DNA from: Chloroflexota bacterium
Lineage (GTDB): Bacteria > Chloroflexota > Dehalococcoidia > Lucifugimonadales > UBA1127
Assembly: GCA_028873745.1 (NCBI GenBank)
Contig: JAPPNT010000168.1
Span: 1-32,261 of the forward strand
DNA length: 32,261 bases
Reading direction: 5' to 3'
Shown here: one piece after another, positions 1-9,268 of the stretch
Layout of the letters: every line of letters starts with the position of its first letter
Position numbering within the stretch: position 1 is the first letter of the stretch
The notes under the pieces: model-generated
Database searches by the model: none
Seen by the model: the letters and a program-made list of their open reading frames with translations, nothing else
Told to the model about the DNA's origin: nothing
Program-made: the position numbers and the translations under genes

Positions 1-75
1 GGCTACGTTTGTATGACTTGCCTCGACGAGCGGGAGGCAGCCAGCGCCGCCGAAGCATCGTCCCAGGCACAGTAG
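1..75 (+). CDS. 3' end of an upstream gene (partial, last 24 codons ...GYVCMTCLDEREAASAAEASSQAQ, stop TAG 73-75)
   Basis: Frame 1 is open from the window edge to TAG at 73-75, with G/C-rich third positions. Too short to assign a family. Confidence 0.3.
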   Translation, partial: GYVCMTCLDEREAASAAEASSQAQ

Positions 76-102
76 ACGAAACTCCGTCAGGGAGGACCCC
101 CT

Positions 103-816
103 GTGATCGACCAGCCGCCTCCCAACGAGTATTCGGGCCGGATACACGACCTCCCCTCTGAGGAGCGCCCGCGGGAGCGGCTTCGCGACCAGGGACCCGG
201 CGCGCTCAGCAGCCATGAGCTCCTCGCCATTCTTCTCCGCACCGGCACCAGAGACGAGGACGTCTTCACCCTGTCGAAACGCCTCCTCGCCATGCGGCGG
301 GGACTTTCAGGGCTGGCCCAGACCAGCTTCGGCGAGCTGATGCAGCAGCACGGGCTGGGGCCGGCCAAGGCAGCCGAGGTGATGGCGGCGATGGAGCTCG
401 GCAAGCGGATCGCCTCGGTGCCCAGCGACGCCCGGACGCAGGTGAACTCGTCGGCGGACGTCGTAAACCTGCTGCTGCCGGAGATGATGTGGCTCAGCCG
501 GGAGAGCCTGCGGGTCATCCTGCTGAACACGCGGAACTACGTGTTGGGGGTCCGGGAGGTCTACAACGGCACGGTGAACTCCGCCGATGTGCGGGTAGGC
601 GAGGTGTTCCGGGACGCGGTGAGGGAGGACTGCAAGTCAGTCATCGTGGTGCACAACCACCCCTCGGGCGACCCGACGCCGAGCAACGAGGACGTGCAGG
701 TGACGGGCAAGCTGCGGGATGCAGGCAAACTGCTGGACATCGAGCTGCTCGACCACGTCATCCTGGCGCGCGACGGCCACGTGAGCCTGAAGGAGCGGCG
801 GCAGGGGTTCCCGTAG
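103..816 (+). CDS. radC: RadC-family JAB/MPN domain protein (UPF0758)
   Basis: N-terminal ERPRERL...G..ALS..ELLAILLRTG motif typical of RadC. C-terminal JAMM motif HNHPSGDPTPSNED. GTG start preceded by AGGGAGGA. Confidence 0.85.
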   Translation: MIDQPPPNEYSGRIHDLPSEERPRERLRDQGPGALSSHELLAILLRTGTRDEDVFTLSKRLLAMRRGLSGLAQTSFGELMQQHGLGPAKAAEVMAAMELGKRIASVPSDARTQVNSSADVVNLLLPEMMWLSRESLRVILLNTRNYVLGVREVYNGTVNSADVRVGEVFRDAVREDCKSVIVVHNHPSGDPTPSNEDVQVTGKLRDAGKLLDIELLDHVILARDGHVSLKERRQGFP

Positions 817-871
817 GCTCCGGCCACACAGCCGACAGCCGCCTCACGGGGCAGAAAGCAGGCATTCACCC

Positions 872-2170
872 TTGAGCACGGGACCCCACGCACGACAGCG
901 CCCACGCCGTTACTACGGCTGGGTCATTGTCTGGGTCACCGTGCTCTCAGCCATCGCGTCGGCCGTCGTCATTAACCCGACCATCGGCGTCTTCGTCAAG
1001 CCGATGGAGGAGACCTTCGACTGGAACCGCTCCGTCATCGCGGGCGCGGTGGCTATCGGCACCCTCGCGGGCGGGGTGATTGCGCTTGTGATTGGGCCGA
1101 TCATCGACCGGTTCGGAGCCAAGTGGGTGCTGTTCACCGCGTTCCTGATCGTCGGCGGCCTCTTCGTCGCATGGAGCGGCGTCACCTCGCTCTGGCAGTT
1201 CTACGCCGTCATCATCCTCGCCCGGATGCTGCTGCAGGGGATGATCAACCTCACCAACCAGACGGTGCTGGCCAAGTGGTTCGTGCGGCTGCGGGGGCGG
1301 GCGCTGGCCTACGGCAACCTGGGGCAGCGGTTCGGGCAGGGCGCGGTGCCGGTGATGACGCAGCTCATCATCACGGGGGCCGGGTGGCGATGGGCCGCTG
1401 CCTCGCTGGGCATCTTCGCGTGGACGCTGACGCTCATTCCGGTGCTGCTCTGGATGCGGCGGCAGCCGGAGGACATGGGCCTCCGCCCAGACGGCGACAC
1501 GCCCGTGCGGGAGGGGGCATCCGCAGCAGCCGACGACCGCGAACGGCGGCCACCGTCGACTGAGATCCACTTCACGCTACGCGAAGCATTGCGGACCCGG
1601 ACGTTCTATATCCTGCTGGCCGTCCTGTGCATCACGAGCTTCGTCAACACAGGCATCAACTTCAACTTCATCCCATACATGAGCGACCAGGGACTGACCG
1701 AGGGCGAAGTGGCCGTCGTCATCCTTGTGTGGTCGCTGATCGGCATTCCTGCCGCGCTGGCCGCCGGGCTGCTGGTGGAGCGGATTCCGGTGCAGGCGGT
1801 GCTGGGTGGGTTCCAACTCGGGATGGCCGTGGGGACGCTGATGCTCATCTGGCTGGTCAACCTCCCAATGGGGCTCGTGTTTGCCGTCGTACAGGGCACG
1901 GCGTTCGGCGGCAGCTTGCTTGCGCAGCAGGTCATCCTGGCCGACTACTACGGCTCACGTCACCTGGGAGCGATCCGGGGCGCGGTGCTGCCGTGGCAGA
2001 TGGCGTCGAACGCCATCGGGCCGCTGGCGGCGACTCTCGTCTTCGACACACAGGGCAGCTACACGATTGTCTTCTGGGCGTACGTCGCCATGCAGTCGCT
2101 GGTGTTTCTGGCGCTGCTGGCGGCGCGGAAGCCGCGGCACCATGCGGTTGAGGCGGCGGGCGAGGGCTAG
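872..2170 (+). CDS. MFS transporter
   Basis: 432 aa, about 12 hydrophobic segments split by a charged central loop (RRQPEDMGLRPDGD). TTG start with a weak SD, so the start is uncertain. Confidence 0.75.
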   Translation: MSTGPHARQRPRRYYGWVIVWVTVLSAIASAVVINPTIGVFVKPMEETFDWNRSVIAGAVAIGTLAGGVIALVIGPIIDRFGAKWVLFTAFLIVGGLFVAWSGVTSLWQFYAVIILARMLLQGMINLTNQTVLAKWFVRLRGRALAYGNLGQRFGQGAVPVMTQLIITGAGWRWAAASLGIFAWTLTLIPVLLWMRRQPEDMGLRPDGDTPVREGASAAADDRERRPPSTEIHFTLREALRTRTFYILLAVLCITSFVNTGINFNFIPYMSDQGLTEGEVAVVILVWSLIGIPAALAAGLLVERIPVQAVLGGFQLGMAVGTLMLIWLVNLPMGLVFAVVQGTAFGGSLLAQQVILADYYGSRHLGAIRGAVLPWQMASNAIGPLAATLVFDTQGSYTIVFWAYVAMQSLVFLALLAARKPRHHAVEAAGEG

Positions 2171-3048
2171 GCGCGCTCCTGCTCGGCAGCCTCAGCCATG
2201 GACTCAACGATGCGGCGCGCGACATCAGAGGCTGAGGGCGCGCCGTCGGTGTCGAGCTCCAGCGAGCCGAGCCACCGCATGCGCTCGTAGGCGGCGCGGT
2301 GGATGCCGCCGTCGAAACCGAGAGCGTCGAGCATCCTGGCGATCTCCGGCATCTCCTCGGCGCGGCGGTAGGCGCGCTTGGGGTTGCCGGGCACAAAGCG
2401 GTCGACGAACTGCAACACTCCCGCCATGGAGCGCGTGTACTGGGCCATGACGGTGTCGGCGACGCCGAGGGCCTCCGCGGCGAGCAGGATGTCAAGGGCG
2501 AGGGTGGAGACGCCCTTGGTCATGCCGGCGTGGCACAGCTTGGCGCCGGACGCCTGCCCGACGACGGGGCCCAGCAGCACGGTGTTGATGCCGTACTCGC
2601 GCAGGGAGGCGACCTCCTCGGCGCGGGGACCGGAGAGGTAGAAGCTGGCGGAGCCGAGGTTGCCCGGCCCGCCGACAATGCCACCGTCAACGACGTCCAT
2701 GGCGTCGGCGGCCTCGTTTGCGATGGCTTGCACGGTTACGGGGGCGATGGCGTTGAACTCGCCAAACAGGACGCGCTTCTCGACTCGGCGAGCTGCGTCG
2801 GCGACCTCGGCGGCGACGGCGGGAGCGGTGTCGGAGGCGAGGACAGAGAGGACGAGGTCCGACTGACGGACCACCTCGGCCAGGGAGCCGAGGTCTTGGA
2901 CGCCCGCGGCCTCGGCGCGTGCGCGTGTCGCATCGCTGCGGCCCTCGAGCGTCGTCACGACGCGGGTGTGGGCAGCGAGGGTGCGCGCGACGGCGCTGCC
3001 CATCTCGCCGACGCCGAGGAGGCCGATTGTGTCAAAGCTCATGCTCAT
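2167..3048 (-). CDS. NAD(P)-dependent oxidoreductase, 6-phosphogluconate / 3-hydroxyisobutyrate dehydrogenase-like
   Basis: N-terminal Rossmann motif IGLLGVGEMGSAVA. GGAGGAG lies just upstream of two ATGs at 3048 and 3042; 3042 has the better spacing. The longer ORF start at 3078 is unlikely. Confidence 0.7.
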   Translation of the reverse strand: MSMSFDTIGLLGVGEMGSAVARTLAAHTRVVTTLEGRSDATRARAEAAGVQDLGSLAEVVRQSDLVLSVLASDTAPAVAAEVADAARRVEKRVLFGEFNAIAPVTVQAIANEAADAMDVVDGGIVGGPGNLGSASFYLSGPRAEEVASLREYGINTVLLGPVVGQASGAKLCHAGMTKGVSTLALDILLAAEALGVADTVMAQYTRSMAGVLQFVDRFVPGNPKRAYRRAEEMPEIARMLDALGFDGGIHRAAYERMRWLGSLELDTDGAPSASDVARRIVESMAEAAEQERA

Positions 3049-3904
3049 CTCCTCCGGTGGGTGAAGGCGAAGGCTCACCCTTCAGGAACGCGGTGACCTC
3101 GGCGTTGAAGCGCTCGGCCTCCTCCATGTGCGGCCAGTGGCCCACGTCGGGGAAGTAGAGCAGGCGCGAGCCGGGCGCAGCCTCTGCGGCGGCGTGAGCG
3201 TGGGACGCGGGGAAGACGGGATCGAGGGCGCCCCAGACGATCATGAGGGGCATCCGCAGGTCCCGGAGCCGGTGCAGCAGCCGGTACCGGCGCTTCATGC
3301 CAAAGATGTCCACACCCTCTCGGAGCGACTTCAGCACGGCTTCCCGGCCGCCGGGAAGAGATCGCGTGCGCACGAGCTCCTGGAACAGGGCCTCGGGATA
3401 CTCGCGGCGCGGGCCGAAGACCAGCTTCATCATGGCGCGGGCGCTGCGGTGCGTCGGCCCTTCGAGCAGCTCGCCCAAGAACGGCAGCGACATAACGCGC
3501 AGGTAGCCGGCGACCTCGCGGCCGAAGCCGGCGGAGTTGATGAGGACCAAGTGCGAGACGCGCTCAGGGGTGTGCAGCGCGCCGAGCAGCGCGATGAGGC
3601 CGCCCATCGAGCTCCCGCAGAGGGCGGCGGACTGTATGCCAACGGCATCCATGAAGCCGAAAATCAGGTCGATGCCGGCTTCCGTGGTGTACTTGACGCC
3701 GATCTTCACGCTGTCGCCGTGACCGGGGATGTCGGGGGCGTAGACCGTGAAGTCCTGCGAAAGCGGCCCAATGTTGTCCTGCCAGGTGATACTCGACGCG
3801 CCAAGGCCGTGCAGGAAGATGATGGGCGGCCCTTCTCCGGCGACGGCATAGTGAATGTCCAAGCCGCCAACCAATGTGCGCTCATAGCGAACGGTGGATA
3901 CCAT
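3032..3904 (-). CDS. alpha/beta-fold hydrolase
   Basis: HGLGASS oxyanion region, nucleophile elbow GSSMGG and a C-terminal GHWPH histidine region. About 290 aa. Confidence 0.8.
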   Translation of the reverse strand: MVSTVRYERTLVGGLDIHYAVAGEGPPIIFLHGLGASSITWQDNIGPLSQDFTVYAPDIPGHGDSVKIGVKYTTEAGIDLIFGFMDAVGIQSAALCGSSMGGLIALLGALHTPERVSHLVLINSAGFGREVAGYLRVMSLPFLGELLEGPTHRSARAMMKLVFGPRREYPEALFQELVRTRSLPGGREAVLKSLREGVDIFGMKRRYRLLHRLRDLRMPLMIVWGALDPVFPASHAHAAAEAAPGSRLLYFPDVGHWPHMEEAERFNAEVTAFLKGEPSPSPTGGDEHEL

Positions 3905-3939
3905 CAGCCTCGCTCGTTCATCAGGAATGGGGGGCCGCT

Positions 3940-5274
3940 CTACCGGGGCCTGGGGGACGATGAGGGGATGGGAGGACGGCGGCAGTTATAGTATAGCAGC
4001 CCGGATGCGCCGTACATGAACATGAACGTCAGGATAACCGCGCCATAGCCCGAGACGTCGGACACCCAGCCAGCGAAGACTGGGCCAGCGGCGGCGAAGG
4101 GCGTCGTGCCCATGCTGAGCATGCCCCACAACCGCGCGTAGTGACTGTTGCCGAAGTACTCGCCGAGGATGGCCCTGTTGAGCGCGTGCGCTCCCTGCCC
4201 AAAGCCGAAGAGGACTATGAAGGCGTACACGAGCGGGAGCTCATTGAGCAGCAGCAGGAAGAGCGAGAACGACTCCAGGCCGACGATGATGCCCATCACC
4301 TTGCGCCGTTGGAAGAGGTCGCTGATGTAGCCGCCCGCAAGGGCGCCGACGACACCCATCGCGGCCAGCATGCCGACGAGGAAGCCGGCCTCGACGCCGG
4401 TGAATTCGTAGCGGTCCTGCAGCATGGGCGACATGTGCAGGACCATACCGGCCTGGCTCATCTGCCGGAGGGCGAGCGCGGCCATGAAGAACCAGAACGC
4501 GGGCGCACGGAACGCCTGCCCGACGGTGAAGTTCCGGCCAGGCGCGTCGACGAGGCCGTGAGGCTTCGGATCGGCGGGACTGCCGTCCAGCATGGCCGTC
4601 GGCGGGACGGGGGGCGCGGGAGGATCGCCGTCGGGCAGCAGGCCCATATCCTGCGGGCGGGTGCGGATGACCTTCGTCACCGGCATGACGAGCACGAAGA
4701 TTGCGATACCCGTGACGACAGCGCCGGTTTCCCAGCCCCATCGCGCGATGATGAAGGCGAGCATTGGGGCGAGGATGACGCCGCCCATGGCCTGCGACGC
4801 CATACCGATACCCATCGCGCGGCCCTTCTTGCGGTTGAACCAGTTGTTGATGGCGGCCCAGTTGGGCGCAAAGCCGCCGATGTTCGCGCCAAGGGACACC
4901 ATGAAGGTCCAAGTGACGATGAACAGGAACAGGTTGCGTGCAAAGAGGCCGAACAGGATCATGCCGAGGCCCATGAGGAACATGCCGGCGATGATGGGCG
5001 GCCTCGGCCCGAAGCGGTCAATGAAGTAGCCGATGATGGGCGCGAGGACAGTATTCTCGGCGCGGGCGAGGGCAATCGCGATGGACGTCATCGTGCGGCT
5101 GATGCCCAACGCCTGAGAGACGGGGTTGAAGAAGACCGTCGCGCCGTAGTTGGTGACGCCGGAGGAGAAGCCCATGACGAGGCAGTTGGCCGCCAGGATG
5201 AACCAACCGTGGAAGATTTCCCGGCGTCTGCCGTCGTCTCGGTCTGTGGGTTGCGGTGCGTCGCTGATTGCCAT
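3940..5274 (-). CDS. MFS transporter
   Basis: Multi-TM protein with the same charged loop (TRPQDMGLLPDGDP) as the MFS at 872-2170. Start assigned to the ATG at 5274 (MAISDAPQ...), because the upstream 37 codons of the ORF look non-coding. Confidence 0.8.
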   Translation of the reverse strand: MAISDAPQPTDRDDGRRREIFHGWFILAANCLVMGFSSGVTNYGATVFFNPVSQALGISRTMTSIAIALARAENTVLAPIIGYFIDRFGPRPPIIAGMFLMGLGMILFGLFARNLFLFIVTWTFMVSLGANIGGFAPNWAAINNWFNRKKGRAMGIGMASQAMGGVILAPMLAFIIARWGWETGAVVTGIAIFVLVMPVTKVIRTRPQDMGLLPDGDPPAPPVPPTAMLDGSPADPKPHGLVDAPGRNFTVGQAFRAPAFWFFMAALALRQMSQAGMVLHMSPMLQDRYEFTGVEAGFLVGMLAAMGVVGALAGGYISDLFQRRKVMGIIVGLESFSLFLLLLNELPLVYAFIVLFGFGQGAHALNRAILGEYFGNSHYARLWGMLSMGTTPFAAAGPVFAGWVSDVSGYGAVILTFMFMYGASGLLYYNCRRPPIPSSSPRPR

Positions 5275-5417
5275 CGTCTCATCGCCGTTGCACGTATGGG
5301 CGCAACCTTGTGAGCATACCTGCTGAGAGGCTCGCGTAGCAAGGGACGGGCTTCGGGGTGCGTACGGGCTCGATGTGGTGCACAATGAGGGTGGCGAGCA
5401 CGCTGCAGGAGAGAGCG

Positions 5418-6911
5418 ATGACGGAAGCGACGCGAGGGGCGATCTACGCGCCGGAGTTCCCGGAGGGTCTGGAGTGGCTGAACACTGACACCCCCGTCCG
5501 GCTTGAGGACCTGCGGGGCAAGCTGGTACTCCTGGACTTCTGGACCTTCTGCTGAGTCAACTGCATGCACATACTTCCGCAGTTGCGGAAGCTGGAAGAG
5601 GCCTACCCACAGGAGCTGGTGGTCATCGGCGTGCACTCCGCCAAGTTTCCGGCGGAGAAGGAGACCGACGCTCTCCGGCAGGCCATCCTCCGCTACGACA
5701 TCCGGCATCCCGTGGTGAACGACAGCAACTTCCAGGTCTGGCAACGATACGCAGCACGCGCGTGGCCCTCGTTGTACATTGTCGACCCGGAAGGCAAAGT
5801 GCTCGGCAAGCACGAGGGCGAGTACCGCTTCGAGGACCTCGATCACTTCCTCCACCCGCTCATCGAGGCTTTCGACATCAAGGGACTCATCCAGCGGAGC
5901 CCGACGGCGTGGACGCTGGAGCGAGACAAGCAGGCCGCCGAAAACGCGCTCGCATTCCCAGGCAAACTGCTCGCCGACGAGGTGGGCGGCCGCCTGTTCA
6001 TCGCGGACTCCGGACACCATCGCATAGTCGTGGCGACGATGGACGGTGAGCTGTGCGACGTCATCGGCAACGGCGAAGCCGGGTTAACGAACGGCGCGTT
6101 CGGCGACGCGCGGTTCAACGACCCGCAAGGCATGGCGCTCGACGGCGAAACGCTGTACGTGGCCGACAAGGAGAACCACGCGCTACGGAGGGTGGATCTC
6201 ACCGAGAGAACGGTGGAGACGATCTCAGGGACCGGGCAGGCAGCAATGACCTTCATGCCGCCGGGCCCGGCGAAAGGCATGCCGCTGCGCTCGCCGTGGG
6301 ACGTGACCGTCCTCAACGGCACGCTGTACATCGCGATGGCGGGGACGCACCAGCTCTGGTCGCTCGACCTGACGAGCGGAAACATCGGCCCCTTTGCGGG
6401 CAGCGGCCGCGAAGGGCTGAGCGACGGCCCGCTGAAGCAGGCGTGGCTCGCCCAGCCAACGGGCATCGACCACGACGGCGAGGGTCGGTTGTACTTCGCG
6501 GACAGCGAGACGAGCGCGGTGCGGACCGCGAGCACCGACCCTGGCGGCAGCGTAGAGACGCTCGTAGGCATCGACCTCTTCGACTTTGGCGACCGGGACG
6601 GCGTCGGGCAACGGGCGCTGCTGCAGCACGTGCAGGGGGTGTGCTATGGCGACGGCGTGCTGTACATAGCGGACACGTACAACAGCAAGATCAAGCGCAT
6701 CGACCCGCTGACAAAGGAGACGACGACGCTGTTCGGCGGAATGGAACCGGGTCTGCGGGACGGCGCGTGGAGCGACGGCCGGCTGAACGAGCCGTCGGGC
6801 GTCGACTGCGCGGGCGACCGGCTGTACATCGCGGACACCAACAATCACGCGATCCGCGTGGCGGATCTCGACACGGGCGAGGTGACGACACTGGAATTGC
6901 GTGGATTGTAA
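5418..6911 (+). CDS. thioredoxin-like domain + six NHL-repeat beta-propeller protein, predicted selenoprotein (TGA 5553-5555 read as Sec)
   Basis: ORFs 5358-5555 and 5565-6911 share one frame and are separated only by TGA. Across the junction the translation reads LLDFWTFC-[TGA]-VNCMH, matching the CCxxC redox motif of NHLRC2-like Trx-NHL proteins with the CxxC N-terminal Cys replaced. ATG at 5418 follows AGGAG. Six NHL-like repeats follow ([50 protein letters not shown]). Confidence 0.7.
5574..5591 (+). promoter_or_regulatory. SECIS-like stem-loop downstream of the in-frame UGA
   Basis: CUUCCGC-AGUU-GCGGAAG: perfect 7-bp stem and a 4-nt apical loop containing GU. The stem starts 18 nt after the UGA and the loop is 25 nt after it, which fits the spacing I recall for bacterial SECIS elements. 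Confidence 0.5.
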
Positions 6912-6930
6912 GGACTTCTTGCATAACCCC

Positions 6931-6959
6931 TTGCCAATTATAATAATGCATTGTATACT
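6931..6959 (+). promoter_or_regulatory. sigma70-like promoter for vapBC
   Basis: TTGCCA (6931-6936), 17-nt AT-rich spacer, TATACT (6954-6959), in a visibly AT-rich intergenic region upstream of the antitoxin gene. Confidence 0.45.
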
Positions 6960-7014
6960 CTGGCATGTAAGGGTAAGGGACACTTGTCATTGCTAATGAA
7001 ACAGGAGAGCACTC

Positions 7015-7248
7015 ATGCTGGAATCCGCCATCACCTCCAAAGGCCAGACCACCCTGCCCAAAGGCGTCAGGGATGCGCTAGCCGTAGAGGCTGGAGACAA
7101 AGTGAGGTACGCCATTGTGGACAATGGCGTGCTGATACTCCCTGTACGCTCCATCAAAAGGCTGTACGGAGCACTGCCGTATGACGGCCCGCCCGTGACC
7201 CTAGAAGAGATGGACGAGGCCATCGCGGCGGGAGCGGCGGGCAGGTGA
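7015..7248 (+). CDS. vapB: AbrB/SpoVT-fold antitoxin (VapB-like)
   Basis: 77 aa. N-terminal SKGQTTLPKGVRDAL swapped-hairpin motif. AGGAGAG SD. The stop overlaps the downstream PIN gene start (GTGA). Confidence 0.8.
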   Translation: MLESAITSKGQTTLPKGVRDALAVEAGDKVRYAIVDNGVLILPVRSIKRLYGALPYDGPPVTLEEMDEAIAAGAAGR

Positions 7249-7643
7249 TTAGCCTGGACACCAACGTGCTCATACGCTATCTCGTGCGGGACGACGCCGA
7301 GCAGGCAGAGGTGGCTCGGGAACTGCTGGAGGGCCTGACTGAACACAACCAGGGTTTCATATGCCGGGAAGTCACCACCGAGATGGTCTGGGTGCTTGAA
7401 CGATCATACCGGTTCACCCGGGAACAAATTGCGGACGTTCTTCTTGAGATGCTCGCCACGGATGGGCTTGCCTTTGAGAACGACAGGGACGTCACGCATG
7501 CCGTCGAAAGCTACCGCTTGGGCGGGCCCGACTTTGCGGACCAAGTGATCCTGTCAGCGGCCAACCGCAACGGGGCCATGCCGCTCTACACATTCGACCG
7601 CAAGTTCTCCCGCATGTACGGGACAGTCCTTCTGGAGAGCTAG
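7245..7643 (+). CDS. vapC: PIN-domain ribonuclease toxin (VapC)
   Basis: 132 aa. N-terminal LDTNVLIRYL with the first acidic PIN residue and further acidic residues downstream. 4-nt overlap with the antitoxin. Confidence 0.85.
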   Translation: MISLDTNVLIRYLVRDDAEQAEVARELLEGLTEHNQGFICREVTTEMVWVLERSYRFTREQIADVLLEMLATDGLAFENDRDVTHAVESYRLGGPDFADQVILSAANRNGAMPLYTFDRKFSRMYGTVLLES

Positions 7644-7668
7644 GCAACTGCCCCCGCCGGCAACGTCG

Positions 7669-7697
7669 TTGACAGCCACTAGCTTGCTGGCTACCAT
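7669..7697 (+). promoter_or_regulatory. candidate promoter for the iscA-like gene
   Basis: TTGACA (7669-7674), 17-nt spacer, TACCAT (7692-7697). Confidence 0.4.
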
Positions 7698-7738
7698 ACA
7701 GATACTGCATCAGGCTGGTCATGTTTGGAGGAGGAGAA

Positions 7739-8089
7739 ATGCCGGACGCGGTAACTCCACTGACTATCCACATCACAGAACGCGCCGCCAAGAAGGTGGC
7801 CTTCTTTGCCGAGAAGGAAGGCAAGGGCGACGAGTTCGGGCTGCGCGTCGGCGTGAAGGGTGGCGGGTGCTCCGGGCTCACGTACACCCTCTCGGTCGAG
7901 CCAGGCCCGCACGACGAGGACAAGGTCATTGAGGACCAGGGCATCCGGATTTTCGTCCCAAAGAAGAGTTTCGTCTTCCTTGCGGGAACGGAGTTGGACT
8001 TTTCAGACGGGCTGAACGGCAAGGGATTCACCTTCAGCAACCCCAACGCCAAGAGTTCTTGCGGCTGCGGGACCAGTTTCTCCGTCTAG
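7739..8089 (+). CDS. iron-sulfur cluster insertion/assembly A-type carrier (IscA/ErpA/HesB family)
   Basis: GGGCSG...CGCG(T)SF three-Cys signature. ATG at 7739 preceded by GGAGGAGGAG. Confidence 0.85.
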   Translation: MPDAVTPLTIHITERAAKKVAFFAEKEGKGDEFGLRVGVKGGGCSGLTYTLSVEPGPHDEDKVIEDQGIRIFVPKKSFVFLAGTELDFSDGLNGKGFTFSNPNAKSSCGCGTSFSV

Positions 8090-8107
8090 CGCACACTCGA
8101 CTCAGGC

Positions 8108-8144
8108 AAGGCCGCCAGTCCGCGCTCCGCTGGACGGCGGCCTT
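8108..8144 (+). terminator. hairpin after the iscA-like gene
   Basis: AAGGCCGCC(A)GTCC...GGACGGCGGCCTT stem with one bulge, followed by TGTATAT, which is only weakly U-rich. Confidence 0.4.
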
Positions 8145-8165
8145 TGTATATGCAAGGGAGAGGGA

Positions 8166-9242
8166 ATGCGGCCAACGCCACTCCATGAGTCCCAAGAAAA
8201 GCTCGGTGCACGGTTTGCAGACCTGGCCGGGTGGGCCGTTGCGAGTCGTTTCGACGACGTGAGAGACGAATACGAGGCGGCACGCACAGGCGCGGCCATC
8301 GCCGACGTTTCACATCGCGGGCGCATCGTTGCGCGGGGCAAGGACACGCTCGACCTGCTGAACCGGCTGAGCACGAACCTTGTCGACCCGCTGCCGGAGG
8401 GCGCGGGGCAGACGACCGTCATCACAACCGGCAAAGGGCGCGTCCACGACTGGATCACCGTGCTGCCCTGGGGGGAGCATTTCCTGTTGTTGACCTCGCC
8501 GGAGCGCCGGACGGAAGTCGCCGAATGGATCGACATGTTCACCTTCGAGGAGGACACGACGCTGGAGGACGTTACCGAGTCGACGGCAACGGTGTCGATT
8601 CTGGGTCCCCCCGCGGAGTCCGTGGTGGCGCAACTGCTCGACGTCCAGGTTGCCCCGCAGGCGCTCGGATGCGCCATCGCTGCGTGGCAGGGCAGCGAGG
8701 CGCTCGTCGTGCGGACTGATTCGACTGGTCAGCCCGGATTCGACATAGTCGTGCAGGCCGAGGCGGCGGAGGCGTTGTGGGACGCGGCCATCGGTTTCGG
8801 CGCGACGCCGGTGGGGCAGCAGGCGTTGGAGGCGTTGCGCATCGAGGCTCGTGTGCCGCGATGGGGCGATGAGTTCACGGACGACAACAACCCGTTGGAG
8901 GCGGGGCTGCTCGGAGAGGTCTCGTGGACCAAGGGATGCTACACGGGGCAGGAAGTTGTCGCGCGGCTGTACAATTACCACCGGATACAACGGTTCATGG
9001 TGGCCATCGAGGTGCCCTCGAACGCAGACATCATGGCGGGCACGGTCTTGATGGCCGACGGCGTGTCCGTTGGCCGGTTGACGAGCGTGTCGTCGATTGC
9101 GCACGATGGCGTGCAGGCGGCGCTGGCGTCGATCCGCTCGGGGCACGCAGCCGTAGGGACGACGCTCCACGTGGGCGAGAGCGGGCCGCCTGTCTCAATC
9201 ACCTGGGCCCCGGAGGAAGCGCAACAGGGTGCGGCGGCTTAG
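8166..9242 (+). CDS. ygfZ: YgfZ/CAF17-type folate-binding protein (GcvT-like fold)
   Basis: Aminomethyltransferase-like N-terminus (DVSHRGRIVARG) plus the YgfZ signature KGCYTGQE. Sits next to an A-type Fe-S carrier. Confidence 0.75.
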   Translation: MRPTPLHESQEKLGARFADLAGWAVASRFDDVRDEYEAARTGAAIADVSHRGRIVARGKDTLDLLNRLSTNLVDPLPEGAGQTTVITTGKGRVHDWITVLPWGEHFLLLTSPERRTEVAEWIDMFTFEEDTTLEDVTESTATVSILGPPAESVVAQLLDVQVAPQALGCAIAAWQGSEALVVRTDSTGQPGFDIVVQAEAAEALWDAAIGFGATPVGQQALEALRIEARVPRWGDEFTDDNNPLEAGLLGEVSWTKGCYTGQEVVARLYNYHRIQRFMVAIEVPSNADIMAGTVLMADGVSVGRLTSVSSIAHDGVQAALASIRSGHAAVGTTLHVGESGPPVSITWAPEEAQQGAAA

Positions 9243-9268
9243 CTTCGACATAAGTATTGGAGGCTGAC

